The translations under genes and the position numbers were made by a program. A stretch of 64,000 nucleotides of DNA from contig CAJWIT010000001.1 of NCBI GenBank assembly GCA_913041945.1, forward strand, positions 45,175-109,174. The letters run 5' to 3'. Below are positions 56,468 to 64,000 of this stretch, piece by piece. Each line of letters opens with the position of its first letter. Within the stretch, counting starts at the first letter, position 1. The notes beneath the pieces were generated by a model. The model saw nothing but the letters and a program-made list of their open reading frames with translations. It did not search any database and was not told the DNA's origin. This stretch comes from an uncultured Fidelibacterota bacterium (GTDB lineage Bacteria; Fidelibacterota; Marinisomatia; Marinisomatales; UBA8229).

Positions 56468-58024
56468 TCAATTATTTATCAAATTAACAGCCGTCATTTT
56501 GGGAGGTATATCCAAATCCAGCAAATACAATAGAGAAGGACCAATGTCCGAAAGCTTTCCTCTTTTTACCATTGATTTTCCCGGAGAATCTTCAGCAATA
56601 TAAATACATTCAACAGGTACTGTGGAATGACTTGTCCGGGCTTGCCCTGTATCATAATTAATCATTTGATCGCAATTCCCATGATCGGCTGTAATAAGTA
56701 TTTGTCCATTTAACTCTAAAACACGGTCAACAATTTTTCCAGCACATTCATCCAAAATCTCCACTGCTTTGACTGCAGAATCAAAATTCCCAGTGTGACC
56801 AACCATATCCCCATTCGCAAAATTAACTAAAATGAATTGATAAGGATTTGACTGAGTCAACTCCATAAATTTATCTACAATATTATATGCTTCCATTTCC
56901 GGATGGTCTGCGAACGTAGCCGGGTCAAATCTACCGGAAACTTCCACCTGATCTTCATTTGAAAACGGTGTCGTAGATTTTCCATTGAAAAAACTGGTTA
57001 CGTGACGAAATTTCTGAGTTTCTGCTAAACGAAGTTGACGAAAACCAGCTTCAGAAATAATCTGTCCTACTAACTCATCTAACTGTACATGTCCATCATT
57101 AAAACTGCCAAGAATATAAGGTTTAAATTCATCATAATAACGGGTAAGACCAGCAAAACATATATCTGGAATCCTCGGCAAGGCCCCGGGATATTCTATG
57201 TCTGTGAAAGCCCTGGAAAGCTGAATTGCCCGGTCTTGACGGTAGTTTGTATGGAGAATGCTGTCTCCATCTTCAACGCCGGAATAACCGTTTGTCACAT
57301 GAGGAAGAATATATTCATCAAACATGTCTGCCCCTGATGGTGTTTTGTCATGTTCGTATGATGTTTTAATTGCAAACTCCGGATCGGCTGTTTGAATTCC
57401 CAGACCCTCCACAATACAACGAAACGCCTGATCTGTCAGCTTCCAGTTTTTTGCACGATCCATACCATAATACCGTCCCATAAACGTGCCAATTTCACAC
57501 CCACCAGCTGTTTCCATTTCCCGGCGAAGGGCAGTAAAGTACCCCAGGGTGCTCCAGGGAGGAGTGTCTCTTCCATCCAAAAAAGGGTGGATTATGATTC
57601 TTCCCTCTGGATATTCACTTCTGGCACGGTGCATGAATTTGAAGAGATGATCCTGATGGGAATGAACGCCTTCATCCTGAAGCAAGCCCATAAAATGGAG
57701 TTGGGACTGATTGGATCTCCAGTTTTCTATGAGATGGTCCCACACAGGAGATTTAAACAAACTACCATCTACTAACTGATCATTAATCCGCTTCAATTCC
57801 TGAATAATGATTCTCCCTGCGCCCATGCTCAGGTGTCCAACTTCGCTGGAGCCCTGAAATCCCGGCGGAAGCCCCACCGCTTCTCCGGAAGCATCCAATA
57901 ATGTCCATGGATATTGTTCTTTATAGGCATCCAGATTAGGAGTATGAGCTGCCAGAACTGCATTGCCTTTGGGGTTTTCATTATGCCCCACTCCATCAAG
58001 AACAATCAGGATTACGGGTTCCAT
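56468..58024 (-). CDS. gpmI: 2,3-bisphosphoglycerate-independent phosphoglycerate mutase
   Basis: LDGVG, GSSEVGH, LDGRDTPP, NYRQDRA, DMVGHTG, TADHGN, TSHS. Confidence 0.94.
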   Translation of the reverse strand: MEPVILIVLDGVGHNENPKGNAVLAAHTPNLDAYKEQYPWTLLDASGEAVGLPPGFQGSSEVGHLSMGAGRIIIQELKRINDQLVDGSLFKSPVWDHLIENWRSNQSQLHFMGLLQDEGVHSHQDHLFKFMHRARSEYPEGRIIIHPFLDGRDTPPWSTLGYFTALRREMETAGGCEIGTFMGRYYGMDRAKNWKLTDQAFRCIVEGLGIQTADPEFAIKTSYEHDKTPSGADMFDEYILPHVTNGYSGVEDGDSILHTNYRQDRAIQLSRAFTDIEYPGALPRIPDICFAGLTRYYDEFKPYILGSFNDGHVQLDELVGQIISEAGFRQLRLAETQKFRHVTSFFNGKSTTPFSNEDQVEVSGRFDPATFADHPEMEAYNIVDKFMELTQSNPYQFILVNFANGDMVGHTGNFDSAVKAVEILDECAGKIVDRVLELNGQILITADHGNCDQMINYDTGQARTSHSTVPVECIYIAEDSPGKSMVKRGKLSDIGPSLLYLLDLDIPPKMTAVNLINN

Positions 58025-58138
58025 GGACAGTTTCTATGCCGCACACTCATTTTGGAATTCTGCCTGTTTACAAAAAAACAGCATGGATAAAGTTCCGACA
58101 GAACCCAAGTGTGTAGAAAGAATAAATTTTAAAATATC

Positions 58139-58192
58139 TTGATTTTAATATAGAAAACAATTAAAATACTTACGACTAACTTACGAGTATTT
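58139..58192 (+). promoter_or_regulatory. lexA promoter with overlapping candidate operator
   Basis: TTGATT-N17-TAAAAT (58139-58167), followed directly by ACTTACGA-N3-ACTTACGA and nested in AAATACT-N15-AGTATTT. Confidence 0.55.
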
Positions 58193-58193
58193 A

Positions 58194-58799
58194 GTGCAAA
58201 AACCCCTATCTACAAAACAGCAGCAATTTTTGGATCTTATTCAGCGGCACGCTCTAACATACGGCCAGTCGCCTTCTTATGCAGAAATCATGAGTGCCCT
58301 GAGGTTTTCTTCTTTGGGAACGGTGAACTGGTATGTTAAAACACTAATAAAAAACGGTCATTTAAACCGTACCGGAGGCCCAAACAGCAAGCGGGCGTTA
58401 ACCCTTACAGAAAAACATCCTGCGTCTGCCCGGTTGCCGCTTTTAGGATTCATTGCCGCCGGCACTCCCATTGAAGCCTTGGAAAATGCGGAATCTGTAG
58501 AAGTACCAGCTCCTCTGGTTCATCCGGACAATTTCGTCCTAAAAATTAAGGGTAACTCTATGATTGATGACCACATTGAAGACGGAGACTATATTATTGT
58601 ACGCAAAACTCAATCAGCAGAACCGGGGCAGTCCATTGTTGCGCTGATCAATGGAGAAGCCACGTTGAAACGCTATTATCCTCAAAATCACAAAATAGAA
58701 CTCCACCCGCGTAATCCGGACTACCCCATCATCCATATAAATGAAACAGATGATTTTCAAATCAATGGTATAGTATTGTACTCTTTTCGGGAATATTAA
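58194..58799 (+). CDS. lexA: LexA repressor
   Basis: N-terminal winged HTH (PSYAEI..SSLGTV), IAAG cleavage site, GNSM Ser, ATLK Lys. Confidence 0.92.
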   Translation: MQKPLSTKQQQFLDLIQRHALTYGQSPSYAEIMSALRFSSLGTVNWYVKTLIKNGHLNRTGGPNSKRALTLTEKHPASARLPLLGFIAAGTPIEALENAESVEVPAPLVHPDNFVLKIKGNSMIDDHIEDGDYIIVRKTQSAEPGQSIVALINGEATLKRYYPQNHKIELHPRNPDYPIIHINETDDFQINGIVLYSFREY

Positions 58800-59546
58800 T
58801 GACCAGCCAAAAAAATACTAATTCGAAATATAAAACAATGACCCAATTGTTTGATTCCCGTAAAATTTATGATGATAAAATCCTGCTGCCAGAGGACGAA
58901 GCTCATCACTGTTTAAGAGTGCTGAGAAAACAATCCGGCGATACAATTAGGGTGGTGGATGGAAAGGGAAACTACTATAAAACTCTCATCGAAACGGAAG
59001 ATCTACATGACTGTCAGCTAAAAACCATAGACTGCAGAGAAAAAATCGGGTATAAAAATCATTATATTCATATTGCCATGCCCCCCCCCGAAGAACCACA
59101 GCCGGGTGGAATGGTTTGTAGAAAAAGCAGTAGAAATTGGTGCCCAGGAAATCAGTTTTATCCTTACTGAAAACTCCAAACGGAGAAATATCAGGATAAG
59201 ACGAACACAAAAAAGGGCTATTTCCTCTATGAAACAGTCACTAAAAGCCTATCTGCCCGCGATTAACGAGATGGTTTCCATAATAGATTTTTTAACCAAT
59301 TGTACGAATAAAGAAAGATATATCGGACATCTGGACAGTACAAACAAAAATCTCCTTTTTCACGAAACAATTCCAAAAAGTAACTATTGTGTATTAATTG
59401 GGCCTGAGGGCGGTTATTCATCTGATGAGGTAAAAGAAGCTCAAAAATATGAATTTCAATCCATATCACTGGGAGATAGCCGGCTTAGAACTGAGACTGC
59501 CGGTATAGCTGCCTGTCATATATTAAACATTATAAACGCAGAATGA
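58799..59546 (+). pseudogene. rsmE: 16S rRNA m3U1498 methyltransferase RsmE, frameshifted at a C9 tract
   Basis: The N-half (EAHHCLRVLR, VVDGKG) is in one frame and the C-half (EKAVEIG, LIGPEGG, LGDSRLRTETA) in another. The frames join at C9, 59081-59089; C8 restores the frame. Confidence 0.85.
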
Positions 59547-59631
59547 ACGTCCGTTTTGCCGGAAGATCATCATGGTTTAAACCGTAAGAATATTTTTTTG
59601 GCTTTTACTCAATAATAGAAGGAATGCCAAC

Positions 59632-60939
59632 CTATCGTTCATCTTTCCAAAATTGCTGATATAGTGCACCACGAAAGTCATTATACATATCCCAACCACC
59701 ATTAGGCGTATGATGAACCTGGGTCATTATTACACCTACAAACTCCCGCTCTGAATCGATCCAAAACTGGGTACCTTCATAGCCGCCACCCTGCCAAAGA
59801 CCTTCCTCACCCCATCCTCTTTTTCTTAACGTATCTCCCGTGACCCAAAGATTATATCCATTATAACCCCAGGGGCTATTAATTTGTGTATGTGGGGAAA
59901 CAATTTCATCAATGGTGTTTTCATCCAGAAACCGTTTATCATTTAACTTTCCATTGTGTAGGAAGATTCTTAAAAAATCGGCATAACCATCGGCAGTTGC
60001 AACCATACCTTCCCCTCCTAAGTATAACTGATTGTCCGGGCTATAAAAAGGTAAATCGGGGCCGAATATATCCAGCTCTCCTGTTTGTGCAATTCGTAAT
60101 ATTGAATCAATGCCAGTGAAATAAGGAAGTAACGTTTCCCCTTTAGAAAGATTATATTTCAATCCTTGGATATTTAAACGATTAAATAATTTCGTTTCAA
60201 CTAAATTTTTGAGACTTAATCCTGTAGCTCGTTCTGCAGCCATACCAAGAATGGTTGTGTTTGTACCATAATAATATTTTGATCCCGGATGTAAAAGAAG
60301 AGGAACTGTTGCAAGACGATTTATTAAATCATCAGAGTCTGATGCGTGGGGTAAATTTTTTGATACAAGAATTGAGTCAATGCAATCTATTCCGGTTGTT
60401 GCATAATAAAATCCAGCTTGATGATTTATTAAGTGTCGAAGGGTCATGATAGAGTCAGGTTTAACCAGTGTATACTTGCAACCAATATTTTTATTTTGAA
60501 TCTGACCAAGGGGAATCCCGTTCTCATTAACAGCAACTTGAAGACTATCAAACTCCGGAACATATTTTGTTACAGGTTCATCAAGATGTAGATATCCGTC
60601 TTCAACCAAATCCATAACGATGGTTATAGTGATAATCTTGCTCATGGACCAAATCCTGATCCAAGTTTGTTTATCAATAACTTTTTTCGGAATTAAATTT
60701 CTGTTGATTCGACAATGTTCATAGATAGCGCGTCCATTTTTATCTTCAAGCCGTACAAATAAAAACGGAAAATATCCTTCATCAACATATTGATTTAAAA
60801 TCGTATCCAACTGGTGTTTGTTTTGAATATTAATTAATGTATTCTGGGTTGAATTACAACTCGGACTGATAATTAAACAACAAAGCATGAGAGAATTAAT
60901 AGCAATCCCTGTTATCCTATTGAAGAGATTAAATCTCAT
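59632..60939 (-). CDS. Serine hydrolase, beta-lactamase/PBP class C-like family (exported)
   Basis: RIWSMSK (SxxK), LRHLINHQAG, PGSKYYYG, GGEGM, WQGGG..WID. Confidence 0.88.
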   Translation of the reverse strand: MRFNLFNRITGIAINSLMLCCLIISPSCNSTQNTLINIQNKHQLDTILNQYVDEGYFPFLFVRLEDKNGRAIYEHCRINRNLIPKKVIDKQTWIRIWSMSKIITITIVMDLVEDGYLHLDEPVTKYVPEFDSLQVAVNENGIPLGQIQNKNIGCKYTLVKPDSIMTLRHLINHQAGFYYATTGIDCIDSILVSKNLPHASDSDDLINRLATVPLLLHPGSKYYYGTNTTILGMAAERATGLSLKNLVETKLFNRLNIQGLKYNLSKGETLLPYFTGIDSILRIAQTGELDIFGPDLPFYSPDNQLYLGGEGMVATADGYADFLRIFLHNGKLNDKRFLDENTIDEIVSPHTQINSPWGYNGYNLWVTGDTLRKRGWGEEGLWQGGGYEGTQFWIDSEREFVGVIMTQVHHTPNGGWDMYNDFRGALYQQFWKDER

Positions 60940-60941
60940 AT

Positions 60942-62609
60942 TTATTCAGAAACACCTTTGTACTGGAACCAATCAAAATCTGCATAATTGGTTGATGTTG
61001 AATTGTTTGATGAACCATAAAGACCAATGTAGACTCCTGTATAGGTCCACCCCGAAGATTCTGGGCTAAGCTTAGAGCCATCTGCATTATTAAAAAGTGA
61101 AACCCACTTTTTTCCATCTTGTGAATAAGAAAAATCATAATCTAAATAATCAGCGGAAATATTCCAAAACACAGTATTTTTTTTGTATGAATGACTCGCA
61201 AGCAGGGAATCAATTCCATGGAAAAAATGGTGAAGCTGTATTTTCCCATCCATTAAAGACATAACATAGGCTGAACGATCATTTTGTATTACGGTCATTC
61301 CAGCCTCTTCATTACCAGCTGGATTGAATTCCATCTTTGATTTTGCTTCCATTTGGAAATGTCTTTGTCTAATTCCTACAAATGAATATTGGCTCTGCTC
61401 TGCTATAAACCCCTCTTTTAAATAAATTCTAAGAAACCCTTTCTTTTTATTAAAACTATGAAAAGTTGCCGTAGGTGTTCTGCGAAAATTCCATTCAAAG
61501 CTTAGTTTAGTCTCGTCAAAATTATCATAAAATTCATTTATTTTCAACTGTCTTGTCCCTGGGAATGGAACAGGGTACTTAAACTCAACTTTCCCGGCTT
61601 TTGGGCTACATACCGGCCAAGCTATTTTTTCATCTTTCCACCAATAAGGTTCGGTTTCCCAGATTACGGGAATTAAAAAAGTTTCACGTCCAAGATTTTT
61701 ATATTTCTTTTCAATGGGGCGAAACCCTAATGCAACCATATACCAATCATTTTCTTTTGTTTGAACTAAATCACCATGACCGACCGCAATAATCGGATGA
61801 TCCAAACTTAAATGTCGATGAGTTAATATTGGATTTCTCGCATTTGCAATATAAGGTCCGGTAATTATTTTACTCACAGCAATTGTCACAGCATGGTTAT
61901 GCAATGTCCCTCCTTCCGAAATCATGAGATAGTAATAATCTCCATCCTTATAAATATGTGGTCCTTCTGCCCATGTGCCATTGCTAAATCCTCTTGTTAA
62001 ATAGTACTTTTTTCCCATTAACTGCATTTTGTTCAGATCTAGCTCTTGCATCCATATTTCTGATTGTCCATCAAATTCCGGATCAGGCGGGACACTTGAA
62101 CCCGTGTACCATACTTTTTTATCATCATCAAAAAACAGAGAGGGGTCAATCCCAGGGGCATCTTTTAATATATAAGCCTTTGACCATGGACCCTTAGGAT
62201 CTTCTGCGGTTATAATAAAATTTATCATTTCCCCGTTTAGATTATTTGTTGTGGTGATATAAAATAATCCTTCATGGTAGCGAATGGTAGGAGCATGAAT
62301 TCCTGCACTGGAATTAATGGAATCCATATTTACATTTTGATTTACGGAATAAAGTGCGTTGGCAATTAACTCCCAATTCACCAAATCCCTACTGTGATAG
62401 ATTGGAATTCCAGGAAAATATTCAAAAGTTGAATTAATTAAATAGTAATCATCCCCAACACGGCAAATACTCGGGTCTGGAGCAAAACCAGAGATTATAG
62501 GATTACGATAGGTCTCGGCTTCCTTTTTCATTCCTGAATTACAAGAAATAAATAATAATACTGTAACAATATACCATTGTACCCTCAACAATCTAATCAT
62601 TTGGCACAT
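60942..62609 (-). CDS. GH43 beta-xylosidase/arabinofuranosidase-like lipoprotein
   Basis: NPIISGFAPDPSI, GIHAPTIRYH, GIDPSLFFDD, AEGPHIYK, GHGDLV, C-terminal beta-sandwich; lipobox FISC. Confidence 0.92.
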   Translation of the reverse strand: MCQMIRLLRVQWYIVTVLLFISCNSGMKKEAETYRNPIISGFAPDPSICRVGDDYYLINSTFEYFPGIPIYHSRDLVNWELIANALYSVNQNVNMDSINSSAGIHAPTIRYHEGLFYITTTNNLNGEMINFIITAEDPKGPWSKAYILKDAPGIDPSLFFDDDKKVWYTGSSVPPDPEFDGQSEIWMQELDLNKMQLMGKKYYLTRGFSNGTWAEGPHIYKDGDYYYLMISEGGTLHNHAVTIAVSKIITGPYIANARNPILTHRHLSLDHPIIAVGHGDLVQTKENDWYMVALGFRPIEKKYKNLGRETFLIPVIWETEPYWWKDEKIAWPVCSPKAGKVEFKYPVPFPGTRQLKINEFYDNFDETKLSFEWNFRRTPTATFHSFNKKKGFLRIYLKEGFIAEQSQYSFVGIRQRHFQMEAKSKMEFNPAGNEEAGMTVIQNDRSAYVMSLMDGKIQLHHFFHGIDSLLASHSYKKNTVFWNISADYLDYDFSYSQDGKKWVSLFNNADGSKLSPESSGWTYTGVYIGLYGSSNNSTSTNYADFDWFQYKGVSE

Positions 62610-62954
62610 CAGTAAACATCTTCCTCCCGCGGTTTGTTATGTTTTTTGTAAAACAATATTAGATTTTCTAAAAAAGACTTTGATATAGAAAAAAAATTCC
62701 ATAAAAAATTTATCCCAAATTATATTGATAACTATGGATAAATCTATACAATACTATTTTTTGATTATTAAAGATAATTTTTTTCCCAGAGTTGATGTGT
62801 TTTTCTTTTAAGTCCAGGAAAAAAGTACAGAATGCATTCCATGATTCGAAATAGATTTTATTGTCATTTCCTCCCCTATTTTTTTTGTAAATGTTCAGGT
62901 ACTATACTCAGGTCACATCAGTGCTTCCGTACTTAAATATATAAACACTTAAAA

Positions 62955-63092
62955 ATGAGTACTCCAATAAAACGCGTTGCGTTTCATACACTGAGATATA
63001 AACTGAACTTTTCAGAATCAGTCACCATTTTCCGTGATTTTATTCGTTAAGGGTTTAAACAAGTAGATAACCAAAACGAAGCATCTATTTAT
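62955..63092 (+). pseudogene. mtaB: Decayed 5' fragment of an mtaB-like gene
   Basis: Translates MSTPIKRVAFHTLRYKLNFSESVTIFRDFIR*GFKQVDNQNEASIY versus intact MGTRCKRIAFHTLGCKLNFSETATISRDFTDHGFEKVDYKNKADIY. It has an in-frame TAA at 63048 and has lost the Cys. Confidence 0.85.
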
Positions 63093-63410
63093 GAATGTGT
63101 TATGGTTCCAGATGTCTTTACTCAGTGCGGCAACTTTTTGAATGGGGAAAACTACTCGCTATCTACGGAAAGGTAGAAAAAGCTTTTGGATTTTAGGTCA
63201 TTAACATAGGCAACATTCAGAAGGTGGCTGGAAAAATTAATTTATATTAATAACATAAATACATTATATTTTAAGTAATTATTTCAATTATACTTAAATA
63301 TATATTGTATAATTGTATTAATTCCTAATATATTATCATAGTTAATTGTTGGTTATAAATAATCAATAGTCTAAACCTAATAACCCATAAAGTAAAAAGG
63401 AGGCACGTAA

Positions 63411-64000
63411 ATGAAAGGTTTTGCCGTTTCAATTATATATTCAGTATTGATATTGTCCACATTGTACGGGAATACAACTATAGGAACAGATGTGGTTAGC
63501 CGGAATGTGTGGAGGGGAACTGATTTTGGGAATGCTGCAGCGCTTCAACCTTATATAGAATTTAAAAAAGGGAAATTCACTTTAGGCGCATGGAGCTCCT
63601 GGGCGGTTAATAGCGGCAGTGCCAATGAAAATGATATTTATATATCTGCAGACCTGGGCTCATTTTCTTTAACAGTGACCGATTATTTTTTCCCAGCTTA
63701 TGCTGGTGAAGATAATATTTTTGATTATTCAGAAAAAACGGGCTCTCACTTTGTTGAAATCAGCTTAGGCTCAAATCTAGGGCCTGTTAGCATTACTGGG
63801 GGATATTTTTTAATCGACCCTGATAAATCCATTTACCTAGAAGCAAGCTACGGTCCATTTTTATTTGGCGCCGGAAACGGGATGCATACCATAGAGGGTG
63901 AAGAAGAAAAAGATTCATTCCAGATAGTGAATATTGGCCTTACCACCAGCAGGGATAAATTTTCTGCATCATACATCATAAATCCAGATCAGGAAACATC
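63411..64000 (+). CDS. Outer-membrane beta-barrel, TorF/Gcw_chp-like putative porin (runs off the window)
   Basis: AGGAGG SD; MKGFAVSIIYSVLILSTLYG signal; DVVSRNVWRG, LQP, LGAW, ENDIY, TDYFFP; open to the window end. Confidence 0.7.
   Translation, partial: MKGFAVSIIYSVLILSTLYGNTTIGTDVVSRNVWRGTDFGNAAALQPYIEFKKGKFTLGAWSSWAVNSGSANENDIYISADLGSFSLTVTDYFFPAYAGEDNIFDYSEKTGSHFVEISLGSNLGPVSITGGYFLIDPDKSIYLEASYGPFLFGAGNGMHTIEGEEEKDSFQIVNIGLTTSRDKFSASYIINPDQET

Noticed and set aside
62808-62867. Minus-strand mini-ORF (19 aa) preceded by GGGGAGG
   Set aside because: The SD is only 2 nt from the ATG, and the ORF is very short with no recognisable similarity.

Overview
This is an AT-rich, gene-dense bacterial chromosomal segment. 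Gene content suggests an FCB-related lineage such as Marinimicrobia/SAR406 (inference): a short region-1.1-less primary sigma factor, a protein with a Por/T9SS-like C-terminal tail, and a DUF4159/DUF4175 cluster. Most of the window is housekeeping: valS, rlmD, deoC, glmM, rpsU, rpoD, rsmA, tatD, metG, holB, mazG, ybeY, fabH, recJ, rnpB, gcvP, mtaB, carAB, gpmI, lexA and rsmE. I saw no tRNA, rRNA, CRISPR array, transposase or integrase. The most notable accessory block (29384-35698) is bracketed by a 30-bp direct repeat. It encodes a hydroxylysine-kinase-like APH kinase, a PLP phospho-lyase (ETNPPL/PHYKPL-like) and a translationally coupled exported GH2 beta-galactosidase, a candidate pathway for catabolising glycosylated hydroxylysine from collagen. 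Other highlights: a Tat + intradiol dioxygenase + T9SS-like-tail protein; a K+ channel paired with a stand-alone cNMP-binding protein; a split ALDH16-like pair; a riboswitch-like leader upstream of the zinc-ribbon gene and rnpB; a candidate new LexA operator; a C9-tract frameshift in rsmE; a decayed second mtaB 5' end; and a recurrent GGGTAnnTT(T)GA-N3-ATG motif. All calls come from reading motifs by eye; no database searches were run.
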